IMG/VR virus record: IMGVR_UViG_3300020473_000034
Coordinates: 1-55,225 of that record
DNA length: 55,225 bases
From: a virus
Taxonomy: Duplodnaviria; Caudoviricetes
Reading direction: 5' to 3' (one strand)
Positions 46,176 to 55,225 of this stretch are shown piece by piece. The notes under the pieces are model-generated. The model was not told the DNA's origin, ran no database searches, and worked only from the letters and a program-made list of their open reading frames with translations. The stretch's first letter is position 1; each line of letters opens with the position of its first letter. A program made the translations under genes and the position numbers.

Positions 46176-48857
46176 ATGCCTTTAAATTTAGCATCTCCTG
46201 GAATTCTGGTAAGGGAAGTCGATTTAACCATTGGTGGTGTCGATCCGACTACAGACAAAATTGGAGGTCTTGTTGGACCTTTCGAAAAAGGTCCTGTAGA
46301 CGTTCCTACAACAGTTGTCAGTGAGAACGATTTAGTTAATAAATTTGGAAGACCGTTTGATACGGACAAGCAGTATGAGTCATGGATGGTTGGATCATCA
46401 TATCTTGCATATGGTGGACGATTAAGTGTTGTTAGAGCAGATGATACTGGTCTTAAGAACGGATTTAGTGGAACTGCAGGATCTGTTAAGATCAAAAGTG
46501 TAGATCATTACGATGAATTGGGTTATGCTGATAATGCCATTACTGGTGTTACTGTAGCTGCTAAAAACCCAGGAACATGGGCAAATGATATTAGAGTTGC
46601 AATAATTGATGGTAAAGCAGATCAGACTGTTACTTTAAGTGATGTAACTGGTTTGGCTGTTGGTGCTGGTGTATCACAGTCACCTGCTTCAGGAACAGTT
46701 AGGCAAGTTGGTGCTGGTGTAACTGAAGATATGGATGGATACTATAAGGGTATCATAACTGGTATTGATACAACTAAAAAAACAGTTGATATCAAGTTTT
46801 TGAGTAATGTAAAGGCAGATGGTACTGAAGTTGCAAAAGATTATAACAGTACTTACAAATTTGCAAATGGTTCTTTACAGTTCCCAAATAGTGGAGCAGG
46901 AACAACTTCAGCAAATATTGGAAGAGCTAGATATGGATCAACTGCAGCATCACATAATGCTGGAGTTGTTATAAATTCATACTATAACACCAAGACATCA
47001 GTTCTTGATCAGGCAGGTAATGCACCTTTACAAGCAGCAGATACTGCTGTTGGTATTGATACTACTGGTATAGACGATTTTATTGGTTCTGCAGGTAAAT
47101 TTATTGGAATTGGTAATGAGATTATTGATGTTAGTAGTGCTCAAATTGGAGCAGGTGAAATTACATCTGTGACAAGAGCTCAAGAAGGAACACCTGCATC
47201 CGTTCATGTTGATGGTGTTGCTATTAAGTTCTTTACTAAGAATGTTGCTGTTGGTGATGTAACAGATGATATAAATGCTTCTGCAGGATTAGTTGGTATA
47301 ACAACAACTGCTGATATCAGTGATAAAGTTAATGCTAATGGTGTTTTGAAAATTGGAAGTGAATTTTTAGATGTCACAACATTTTCTAATGGAAGTCAAT
47401 CAGAAATTACTGGTAGTGGAATTGTTGATTGGTTTGATCAGCAGACCATAGCAACAGGAACTGCTACTGTTGGTGGAACTGAGACTTTAACAACTATAAA
47501 GTGGAATACTGTTGCTGATACACCAGGAACATCAGATTTTGCTTCTTCTAGAGGTTCAAGATTTGATGAGGTTCATGTTGTTGTAATTGATGGTAAGGGA
47601 AGTGTTACAGGTAATGCTGGAACAATTCTTGAAAAGCATTTAAATCTTTCAAAGGCAAAAGATTCTGAGTTCTCTGTAGGTTCTCCTGCATACTGGAGAT
47701 CATACTTAGAGAGTAATTCTGATTACATCTTTGGTGGAACAGGTGCTATTATTGGAGTTACTACTACTGGATTTACAGGTAGTAATTACACTGAATTTGG
47801 TGATGGTGGATGGGATCAAAATACAGAAGGTATTCTCTTTAATGCATCTGGAAAACAGGATCTTACATTAACTGGTGGATTAAATTATGGTGGAAAGGCA
47901 GATTTAATTACTGCTGGAGCACTTGATTCTGGACTAGATGATTTAATTGGTGGTTATGGTAAGTTTGAGAATGATACTACAGTAGATGTAGACTTCTTAC
48001 TTATGGGTTCTGGAAAATATGGTGAAGATAAGACCAGAGCACTTGCAGAGAAGTTAATTGCTGTTGCTGATATAAGAAAGGATGCAGTTGCATTTATTTC
48101 TCCATATAGAGCATCAATGATAACTGATACTGCTGATGAGACTGCAGCAACACTTTTCAGTGATGCTGAGATAACTCAAAAGGTAGTTGATTTCTATAGC
48201 ACAATATCATCTTCATCATATGCTGTATTCGATAGTGGATACAAGTACATGTATGATAGATTTAATGATAAGTTCCGTTATATTCCATTAAATGGTGATA
48301 TTGCAGGAACTTGTGCAAGAACTGACATCAATGATTTCCCATGGTTCTCACCAGCTGGAACAGATAGAGGTGCTATTCTAAACGCAGTAAAACTTCCATA
48401 CAATCCAACCAAGTTACAAAGAGATTCACTCTATTCAAATAGAGTAAACCCTGTAATATTCTCACCTGGAGCAGGAATTGTCCTATTCGGTGATAAAACT
48501 GGATTTGCTAAGAGATCTGCATTTGATAGAATTAATGTTCGTAGATTATTCATCTACCTTGAAGATGCTATTTCTGCTGCTGCAAAAGATTTATTATTCG
48601 AATTCAACGATGAAATTACAAGGTCGAACTTCGTGAATATCGTTGAACCATTCCTCCGTGACGTGCAGGCTAAGAGAGGAATTCAAGATTATGTTGTAAT
48701 TTGTGACGAAACAAATAACACTGCTGCAATCATTGATGCAAATGAATTCATTGCAGATATATACATCAAACCTGCAAGATCAATTAACTTCATTGGTCTA
48801 ACATTTATTGCCACTAGAACTGGCGTTTCGTTCGAAGAAGTAATCGGTAAAGTTTAA
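46176..48857 (+). CDS. gp18: Tail sheath protein gp18 with inserted domains
   Basis: SPGILVREVDLT, PWFSPAG..RG, DRINVRRLF and IKPARSINFI motifs. CATAAATA late-type promoter at 46132. Confidence 0.96.
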   Translation: MPLNLASPGILVREVDLTIGGVDPTTDKIGGLVGPFEKGPVDVPTTVVSENDLVNKFGRPFDTDKQYESWMVGSSYLAYGGRLSVVRADDTGLKNGFSGTAGSVKIKSVDHYDELGYADNAITGVTVAAKNPGTWANDIRVAIIDGKADQTVTLSDVTGLAVGAGVSQSPASGTVRQVGAGVTEDMDGYYKGIITGIDTTKKTVDIKFLSNVKADGTEVAKDYNSTYKFANGSLQFPNSGAGTTSANIGRARYGSTAASHNAGVVINSYYNTKTSVLDQAGNAPLQAADTAVGIDTTGIDDFIGSAGKFIGIGNEIIDVSSAQIGAGEITSVTRAQEGTPASVHVDGVAIKFFTKNVAVGDVTDDINASAGLVGITTTADISDKVNANGVLKIGSEFLDVTTFSNGSQSEITGSGIVDWFDQQTIATGTATVGGTETLTTIKWNTVADTPGTSDFASSRGSRFDEVHVVVIDGKGSVTGNAGTILEKHLNLSKAKDSEFSVGSPAYWRSYLESNSDYIFGGTGAIIGVTTTGFTGSNYTEFGDGGWDQNTEGILFNASGKQDLTLTGGLNYGGKADLITAGALDSGLDDLIGGYGKFENDTTVDVDFLLMGSGKYGEDKTRALAEKLIAVADIRKDAVAFISPYRASMITDTADETAATLFSDAEITQKVVDFYSTISSSSYAVFDSGYKYMYDRFNDKFRYIPLNGDIAGTCARTDINDFPWFSPAGTDRGAILNAVKLPYNPTKLQRDSLYSNRVNPVIFSPGAGIVLFGDKTGFAKRSAFDRINVRRLFIYLEDAISAAAKDLLFEFNDEITRSNFVNIVEPFLRDVQAKRGIQDYVVICDETNNTAAIIDANEFIADIYIKPARSINFIGLTFIATRTGVSFEEVIGKV

Positions 48858-48877
48858 TTAATTTAGAGGTTTAAAAA

Positions 48878-49471
48878 ATGCCTTCACGTCAACAACAAAA
48901 CACTATTCCATTAAGGAAAATTAGTGATTTTAAAAGCAGACTATCTGGTGGTGGTGCTAGACCGAATCTCTTTGAGGTTGAGCTAGCATTCCCAGATGCT
49001 GTATCCATAGCAAATGATGTTTTACAGAAGTCAAGATTTCTTGTAAAAGCTGCTGCTCTTCCAACATCAACCATTGCTCCAGTTGATATCCCATTCAGGG
49101 GTCGTATTTTGAAAGTTGCTGGTGACAGAACTTTCGAAACTTGGACAGTCACTGTTATCAACGATACTGACTTTGCAATTCGTTCTGCTTTTGAAAAGTG
49201 GATGAATGCAATCAACAAATTGGATGATGCCACTGGTCTCACAAATCCAGAGACATACCAGAAAGATGCTCAGGTTCATCAATTAGATAGAGATGGATCT
49301 GTTCTCAGATCTTATAAGTTCTGGGACATTTACCCAACTAATATTTCAACAATAGACCTAAGTTATGAAACAACTGATACTATTGAAGAATTTACAGTAG
49401 AATTCCAAGTTCACTGGTGGGAAGCATTCAAAGGTAACGGTCCAAATGCTGGTGGTGAAAATATCAGCTAA
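48878..49471 (+). CDS. gp19: Tail tube protein gp19
   Basis: GGGARPNLFEV, FRGRILKVAGDRTFETW and IEEFTVEF motifs. Confidence 0.96.
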   Translation: MPSRQQQNTIPLRKISDFKSRLSGGGARPNLFEVELAFPDAVSIANDVLQKSRFLVKAAALPTSTIAPVDIPFRGRILKVAGDRTFETWTVTVINDTDFAIRSAFEKWMNAINKLDDATGLTNPETYQKDAQVHQLDRDGSVLRSYKFWDIYPTNISTIDLSYETTDTIEEFTVEFQVHWWEAFKGNGPNAGGENIS

Positions 49472-49506
49472 ATAGTGCTATAATAGTAAGATAAAGCAAT
49501 TATACG

Positions 49507-51174
49507 ATGGCACGACTCTTTGGATTCTCCGTTGAGGATAAAGAAAAACAATCAAAATCTATAGTCTCACCCGTTCCTCAAACCAATGAGGACGGGTCAG
49601 ACTTTTATATTTCTAGTGGTTTTTACGGACAATACGTAGATATTGAAGGAGTATATAAAAACGAATTTGATTTAATTAGAAGATATCGTGAAATGGCACT
49701 ACACCCTGAGTGTGATGGTGCTATCGAAGATGTTGTTAATGAAGCAATTGTTAGTGATTTGTATGATTCACCAGTTGAAATAGAATTAACAAATTTAAAT
49801 GCAAGTGATAAATTAAAGAAAATTATTAGAGAAGAATTTAAAACTATCAAAGAGATATTAGATTTTGATAGAAAGGCACATGAGATATTTAAAAATTGGT
49901 ATATTGATGGTAAATTAGCATATCTAAAAGTTATTGATCAAAAGCATCCTGAAGAGGGTATTAAAGATTTAAGATATATTGATTCACTAAAAATAAGATT
50001 TATTAGGCAGGAAAAGAAAAAGAATAGGGATCATTATATTAATGTTGCTAGTAATAGGGATAATCCTGCATCTTCAATAACTCCAGAACTTGAAGAGTAT
50101 TACCTTTATACTCCAACACCTGCGTACCCATCAAATTCAATAACTGGTGGTGGTGGAAGCAAAGGAGTTAAAATTGCAAAGGATGCAATTACCTATTGCA
50201 CATCTGGATTAATTGATAGAAATAAAGGAACAGTTCTTTCATATCTCAATAAAGCAATCAAGGCACTTAATCAACTTAGAATGATTGAGGATAGCCTTGT
50301 AATTTATAGGTTATCAAGAGCACCAGAGAGAAGAATATTCTATATTGATGTTGGTAATCTTCCTAAAGTTAAAGCAGAGCAATACCTTAAAGAGGTAATG
50401 TATCGTTATAGGAATAAGTTAGTATATAATGCCTCTACTGGTGAAGTTAGAGATGATCGTAAGTTCATGTCTATGATGGAAGATTTCTGGCTACCTAGAA
50501 GAGAAGGTGGTAGAGGAACTGAAATTACAACACTTCCAGGTGGACAAAATCTTGGTGAACTTGCTGACATTGAGTATTTCCAAAAGAAATTATATCGTTC
50601 ATTAGGTGTTCCTGAGTCTAGAATTGCTGCAGAAGGTGGTTTTAATTTAGGACGTTCATCTGAGATATTAAGAGACGAATTAAAATTCTCTAAATTTGTA
50701 GGACGTTTGAGAAAGAGATTTGCTCAAATGTTTAATGATATGCTTAAGACTCAATTAATTCTTAAGAATATTGTAACACCAGAGGATTGGGAATCTATTA
50801 GAGAGCATATTCAGTATGATTTCATCTATGATAATCAGTTTGCCGAACTCAAAGAAACTGAGATGATGAATGAGAGACTAGGAACTCTTGCTACCATTGA
50901 ACCCTATATTGGACAATATTACTCAAAAGAGTGGGTTCGTAGAAAAGTCTTACGTCAGACTGATAGTGAGATGATAGAAATGGATGAGCAAATAGAACAG
51001 GAAATTAAAGATGGTGTAATACCAGATCCAGCAGCAATTGACCCTATAACAGGAGAACCATTACCTCCAGAGGGTGAAATGGGAATGATGGGTGAAGTCC
51101 CAATGGAACCAGAAATTGATGGTGGAGTTACCAACGCACAGATGCAAAAAGATACCAAGAAGGCAGAGATATAA
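49507..51174 (+). CDS. gp20: Portal vertex protein gp20
   Basis: RAPERRIFYIDVGNLPK and EDFWLPRREGGRGTEITTLPGG motifs. Confidence 0.98.
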   Translation: MARLFGFSVEDKEKQSKSIVSPVPQTNEDGSDFYISSGFYGQYVDIEGVYKNEFDLIRRYREMALHPECDGAIEDVVNEAIVSDLYDSPVEIELTNLNASDKLKKIIREEFKTIKEILDFDRKAHEIFKNWYIDGKLAYLKVIDQKHPEEGIKDLRYIDSLKIRFIRQEKKKNRDHYINVASNRDNPASSITPELEEYYLYTPTPAYPSNSITGGGGSKGVKIAKDAITYCTSGLIDRNKGTVLSYLNKAIKALNQLRMIEDSLVIYRLSRAPERRIFYIDVGNLPKVKAEQYLKEVMYRYRNKLVYNASTGEVRDDRKFMSMMEDFWLPRREGGRGTEITTLPGGQNLGELADIEYFQKKLYRSLGVPESRIAAEGGFNLGRSSEILRDELKFSKFVGRLRKRFAQMFNDMLKTQLILKNIVTPEDWESIREHIQYDFIYDNQFAELKETEMMNERLGTLATIEPYIGQYYSKEWVRRKVLRQTDSEMIEMDEQIEQEIKDGVIPDPAAIDPITGEPLPPEGEMGMMGEVPMEPEIDGGVTNAQMQKDTKKAEI

Positions 51175-51177
51175 ATA
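51170..51177 (+). promoter_or_regulatory. T4-type late promoter TATAAATA
   Basis: Exact consensus at the gp20 stop. Confidence 0.75.
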
Positions 51178-51200
51178 AAGTATAATAATATATTAATAAA

Positions 51201-51401
51201 ATGGATGAGATTATCGATTTGATTGCGACTGATTCTAGTTCTTCAGATGTTAGTGATAAGATTAAAGATCTTTTATATACTAAAGCTGCAGATAAGATAG
51301 AATCTCAACGCTCTGATGTTGCAATGTCTATGTTCAATCAATCTGAACCAGAAGTTGAACCCGAAGTTACAAATGAACCAGAGGAACAAGAAGAAGAATG
51401 A
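51201..51401 (+). CDS. Small acidic protein, positional analogue of prohead core gp67
   Basis: Lies between gp20 and gp21 and has an acidic tail. Confidence 0.7.
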   Translation: MDEIIDLIATDSSSSDVSDKIKDLLYTKAADKIESQRSDVAMSMFNQSEPEVEPEVTNEPEEQEEE

Positions 51402-51631
51402 TTATTAAACCTTTAAGTACAGAATATGCAGCTGATAATGCAGCAATTGCTGCTGCAAGAGTAGTAAGATTAGTTAATACTGGAGCAACAGAAAAAGTTG
51501 CTATTGGTAATTCTACTCCAGCAGAATTAACTATACTTGCTAATACATCGGTTGTTATTGAAAAAGAAGTTGGAGCAGCAGTTGCTGCCACAGGTTCAGT
51601 TTTGGCAACCATAGTCGCATTTACTAACTAA
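51398..51631 (+). CDS. Small hypothetical protein in the head module
   Basis: ORF track, ATGA overlap. Confidence 0.7.
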   Translation: MIIKPLSTEYAADNAAIAAARVVRLVNTGATEKVAIGNSTPAELTILANTSVVIEKEVGAAVAATGSVLATIVAFTN

Positions 51632-51632
51632 A

Positions 51633-52283
51633 ATGAAACTCATTACGGAAGAAATATCTAGCGTCAAATTTATCACTGAAGGTAAAGGTGCTAAGAAAAA
51701 AATGTATATTGAAGGAGTTTTCCTACAAGGAGATCTCAAAAATCGTAATGGTAGAATGTATCCAGTATCAACTCTTACAAGAGAAGTTGGTAGATACAAT
51801 GAGTCTTTTATTCAAAAAGGACGTGCTCTTGGTGAGTTGGGACATCCAGATGGTCCAACCGTAAACCTTGATAGGGTTTCACATAAAATTACTTCACTAA
51901 AACAAGAAGGTAATAATTTTATTGGTAAGGCACAACTTCTCGATACCCCTATGGGTAAGATTGCAAAATCTTTAATTGATGAAGGTGTAACTCTTGGAGT
52001 TTCTTCTCGTGGAGTTGGTTCTATCAGAGAAGACCGTAGTGGTTGCAAGGTTGTTGGAGAAGATTTTATGTTAGCAACTGCTGCTGATATCGTAGCAGAT
52101 CCTAGTGCTCCAGATGCTTTTGTCTCTGGAATCATGGAAGGAAAAGAGTGGGTTTGGGAAGGAGGAATTCTTCGTGAACAACATGCCCAAAGTATTAAGG
52201 ATAGAATTAATGCTTTAGGAGGGCAAAATAGATTGGAAGAACACAAGTTGAATTTATTCAATGATTTCTTATCAAATCTATAA
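51633..52283 (+). CDS. gp21: Prohead protease gp21
   Basis: NRNGRMYP, ALGELGHP, GVSSRG and DIVADPSAPDAFV motifs. Confidence 0.97.
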   Translation: MKLITEEISSVKFITEGKGAKKKMYIEGVFLQGDLKNRNGRMYPVSTLTREVGRYNESFIQKGRALGELGHPDGPTVNLDRVSHKITSLKQEGNNFIGKAQLLDTPMGKIAKSLIDEGVTLGVSSRGVGSIREDRSGCKVVGEDFMLATAADIVADPSAPDAFVSGIMEGKEWVWEGGILREQHAQSIKDRINALGGQNRLEEHKLNLFNDFLSNL

Positions 52284-52287
52284 GTTC

Positions 52288-52295
52288 TATAAATA
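52288..52295 (+). promoter_or_regulatory. T4-type late promoter TATAAATA
   Basis: Exact consensus upstream of gp22. Confidence 0.8.
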
Positions 52296-52323
52296 AACAT
52301 AGATTAAACAGATATCTAAACAA

Positions 52324-53475
52324 ATGTCCGTTGGTAGCAAATTACAAGAAATGGAAAACATCGAAGAAAACGCGGTAACCAAAGGTGCTAAACCTGCGGA
52401 ACCAATGCAGAAACTTACCACAGGTGGAACTCCCGCTACATGGGAAGACCTTGGTGGTCCTACTCCAGAAAACTATAAAGCTGATGATGATTCAGCCAAG
52501 TTAAAAACTCCTGGTGCATCTTTAAAGCAAGTAAAAGATGTTGTCAATAAAGGTGCTAAACCTGCTGAACCTATGAAAGCAGGTCTTAAGAAGGAAGAGG
52601 AAGAGAAGCCTGCAGATCAAGTTGTTTCCGAAGAAGAGACTACCGAAGAGGAAGTCGTTTCTGAAGAAGAAACTACAGAAACTACTGAGACACAAGAAGT
52701 AGTTGCTGAAGAAGAAACAACTGAAGAGGAAGTCGTCGTCGAAGATAAGATTGATGTTGAGGAAGACCTCAATGCTCTTATTTCTGGTGAAGAACTTTCT
52801 GAAGCGTTTCAAGAAAAGGCAAGAACCATTTTTGAAGCTGCTATCAAAACAAAGATTTCAGAACTTAAGGAAGAACTCAAAGTTGAGTACGAGAAATCTC
52901 TAGTTGAAGAGGTTAACGTCATCAGAACAGAACTCACAGAGAGAACTGATTCTTACCTTGAGTACGTTGCCGATGAGTGGATTTCTGAAAATCAACTCGC
53001 AGTCGAGCATGGACTTAAGACTGAAATGACTGAATCATTCCTTGAAGGAATGAAGAGTCTTTTTGAAGATCATTATGTAACAATCCCTGAAGAAAAATAT
53101 GATGTGCTTAATAGCATGGTAGAAAAACTTGATGAGATGGAAGATAAACTCAACGAGCAAATCAATAAGAACGTTGCTCTTAATAAGAGATTATCAGAAT
53201 CTGCTGCAGATGTAATTCTAGCAGATGTATCTGAAGGTCTCGCAGTTTCGCAAAAGGATAAATTACATTCGCTTGCTGAAAATGTTGAGTTTGATAGTGA
53301 AGACAAGTATCGTGAGAAGCTAGAGACATTAAGGGAATCTTATTTCCCAGCTAATCCTGGCACTCCAAAAGACAAGCCTGAGAATCTATCTGAAGGAACT
53401 GCATCTGAACCACAGAAGCAAGTATCTAGTTCAATGGAAGCATATATGCAATCTTTTGGCCGTATGTCTAAGTGA
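52324..53475 (+). CDS. gp22: Prohead core scaffold protein gp22
   Basis: Acidic coiled coil with KARTIFEAA, YLEYVADEW..EN and KLETLRESYF motifs. Confidence 0.93.
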   Translation: MSVGSKLQEMENIEENAVTKGAKPAEPMQKLTTGGTPATWEDLGGPTPENYKADDDSAKLKTPGASLKQVKDVVNKGAKPAEPMKAGLKKEEEEKPADQVVSEEETTEEEVVSEEETTETTETQEVVAEEETTEEEVVVEDKIDVEEDLNALISGEELSEAFQEKARTIFEAAIKTKISELKEELKVEYEKSLVEEVNVIRTELTERTDSYLEYVADEWISENQLAVEHGLKTEMTESFLEGMKSLFEDHYVTIPEEKYDVLNSMVEKLDEMEDKLNEQINKNVALNKRLSESAADVILADVSEGLAVSQKDKLHSLAENVEFDSEDKYREKLETLRESYFPANPGTPKDKPENLSEGTASEPQKQVSSSMEAYMQSFGRMSK

Positions 53476-53532
53476 TTTTAATAGAATAAAGTCAAACAAA
53501 AACTTTTTTAAATTTTAATAGGTAAAACTAAA

Positions 53533-54990
53533 ATGCAAGCCCCAATAAATAACGAGGTTTTGCAGGAAAAGTGGGCACCACTTCTTGACCACGAAGGTGC
53601 AGAGAAGATTACAGACCCACATAAAAGAATGGTTACTGCCGTTCTCCTGGAAAATCAAGAAAACGCAATTAGAGAGGAGAGAGAATTCCTTTCAGAAGCT
53701 GCTCCTGCAAACAGCACAGGTTCATCAGGTGCAAATGCTGGTTTCAGTAATGCTGCTGGTAATGGTCCAACTGCAGGTTTCGACCCTGTACTAATCAGTT
53801 TGATCCGTCGTTCAATGCCTAACTTGGTCGCATATGACCTTGCTGGTGTTCAACCAATGACTGGTCCTACTGGACTAATCTTCGCAATGCGTTCACGCTA
53901 CGATTCACAGACTGGTACTGAAGCATTATTCGACGAAGCAGATACTGGATTCTCTGGTGTTAGTGCTAATAGAGCAGAAACAGACATCGGTAATCCATAT
54001 GTTGCAGGTTCTGATCATAAGTCCGTTGGTTTTGGTACTACTTCACAAAATGAAGGTACTGCAGCTAATGTTCCTCAAGATCCTTCATTACTTAACCCAA
54101 CATCAGGTTCACCTGCAAACCAGAGGAAGTATCCAACTGGTCAGGGTATGAATACAGAGAATGCTGAAGCTCTTGGAACAGATGGTTCACCAGCATTCAA
54201 CCAGATGGCATTCTCAATCGAGAAAGTCACTGTTACTGCGAAGTCACGTGCTTTAAAAGCTGAGTACTCACTAGAACTTGCTCAAGACCTCAAAGCAATC
54301 CACGGATTGAATGCAGAAGCCGAGTTGGCAAACATTCTTTCTACTGAGATTCTTGCTGAGATCAACAGAGAAGTTATCAGAACAATCTACAAGGTTGCTG
54401 AACAGGGTGCTTCTACAAACGTTGCTAACCAAGGTACATTCGACCTTGACGTTGACAGTAATGGTCGTTGGTCTGTTGAGAAGTTCAAAGGACTTATCTT
54501 CCAGATCGAAAGAGATGCCAACAAGATTGCACAGAGAACTCGTCGTGGAAAGGGTAACATGATCCTTTGCTCTGCTGACGTTGCTTCTGCACTCACCATG
54601 GCAGGTGTTCTTGATTACACCCCTGCTCTTAATGCTAACCTTAATGTTGATGACACAGGCAATACATTTGCTGGTGTACTTCAAGGTAAGTATAGAGTAT
54701 ACATCGATCCTTATTCATCAAACTCAGATGCGATTGATGCTACTCAGTACTATGTTATTGGTTATAAGGGTTCTTCACCTTATGATGCAGGACTGTTCTA
54801 CTGCCCATACGTTCCTCTACAGATGGTTCGTGCAGTTGGAGAGAACTCATTCCAGCCAAAAATCGGCTTCAAGACCAGATATGGTATTGTTGCTAACCCA
54901 TTTGCTGAAGGTACCACACAACAGTATGGTAAGCTTAAAGTTAATGCTAACCGTTACTACAGAAGAGTTCAAGTTAAGAACCTTATGTAA
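53533..54990 (+). CDS. gp23: Major capsid protein gp23
   Basis: LIRRSMPNLVAYDLAGVQPMTGPTGLIFAMR, KSRALKAEYS and FQPKIGFKTRYG motifs. Confidence 0.99.
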   Translation: MQAPINNEVLQEKWAPLLDHEGAEKITDPHKRMVTAVLLENQENAIREEREFLSEAAPANSTGSSGANAGFSNAAGNGPTAGFDPVLISLIRRSMPNLVAYDLAGVQPMTGPTGLIFAMRSRYDSQTGTEALFDEADTGFSGVSANRAETDIGNPYVAGSDHKSVGFGTTSQNEGTAANVPQDPSLLNPTSGSPANQRKYPTGQGMNTENAEALGTDGSPAFNQMAFSIEKVTVTAKSRALKAEYSLELAQDLKAIHGLNAEAELANILSTEILAEINREVIRTIYKVAEQGASTNVANQGTFDLDVDSNGRWSVEKFKGLIFQIERDANKIAQRTRRGKGNMILCSADVASALTMAGVLDYTPALNANLNVDDTGNTFAGVLQGKYRVYIDPYSSNSDAIDATQYYVIGYKGSSPYDAGLFYCPYVPLQMVRAVGENSFQPKIGFKTRYGIVANPFAEGTTQQYGKLKVNANRYYRRVQVKNLM

Positions 54991-55093
54991 ACAAGGATGC
55001 TGTGGGTCAGGAAGATGTCCCACATGTCCATTCAGATCAGAAAGACCTCCTTTACGGGGGTCTTTTTTTATGTTCGGTTATTACATATGTTGA
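54944..55093 (+). CDS. Possible small Cys-rich metal-binding ORF overlapping the gp23 3' end in the +1 frame (or a frameshift extension of gp23)
   Basis: Encodes LCKQGCCGSGRCPTCPF immediately across the gp23 stop codon. Confidence 0.35.
   Translation: MLTVTTEEFKLRTLCKQGCCGSGRCPTCPFRSERPPLRGSFFMFGYYIC
55041..55069 (+). terminator. Rho-independent terminator after gp23
   Basis: AAAGACCTCC-tttac-GGGGGTCTTT plus a T run. Confidence 0.85.
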
Positions 55094-55118
55094 CATTTTT
55101 CTAAGAAGTTGGTATACT
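55090..55118 (+). promoter_or_regulatory. sigma70 promoter TTGACA-17-TATACT (extended -10)
   Basis: Consensus match. Confidence 0.8.
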
Positions 55119-55158
55119 AACTGTACGCTTTCGAGCGTATTTCCTATAACAATATCTT

Positions 55159-55225
55159 ATGGACAATTTCATAAAGATCAAAGGTCTAACTCCAGAGCAA
55201 GAAATTGCTGTATTGGAGGAACTGA
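55159..55225 (+). CDS. Partial hypothetical protein (MDNFIKIKGLTPEQEIAVLEEL...), runs off the window
   Basis: ATG after the promoter, open to the end of the window. Confidence 0.6.
   Translation, partial: MDNFIKIKGLTPEQEIAVLEEL

Noticed and set aside
864-54684. Minus-strand and alternate-frame ORFs in the ORF track (e.g. 864-1169, 28689-29153, 42041-42508, 51812-52300, 54271-54684)
   Set aside because: They are shadows of well-supported + strand genes, with no recognisable motifs or dedicated signals.
44208-54990. Introns or inteins in gp17, gp20 or gp23
   Set aside because: The ORFs are continuous and of normal length, with no intein or homing-endonuclease motifs seen.

Overview
This window is 55 kb of a T4-like marine cyanomyovirus genome (Prochlorococcus/Synechococcus phage type, AT-rich), with nearly all genes on the + strand. 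Positions 1-11.7 kb are an early/hypervariable region of about 40 small ORFs arranged in cassettes. Ten cassettes start with a repeated element: a 7-8-7 palindrome, usually 51-53 bp upstream of a sigma70 -10 box, often with a terminator-like hairpin where the -35 would be. This region also contains a cluster of four back-to-back structured non-coding RNAs (214-547, including an H-type pseudoknot) and a fifth leader RNA (7215-7306). Its proteins include a MazF/PemK-like protein, a KxDG RNA-ligase-like protein, a PD-(D/E)XK nuclease-like protein and a histone-H1-like protein. A largely non-coding locus at 10.3-11.2 kb has five cyanobacterial-type DnaA boxes, an AT-rich tract and two minus-strand promoters with no ORF, making it a candidate origin. 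From 13.3 kb onward lies the canonical T4-like structural module: gp25, gp6, gp7, gp8, a VrlC/DUF4815-like protein and gp13-gp23, with TATAAATA late promoters. A Cys-rich CCGSGxCxxCPF coding segment sits in the +1 frame across the gp23 stop codon. All calls come from reading the sequence and from recalled family motifs; no database searches were run.
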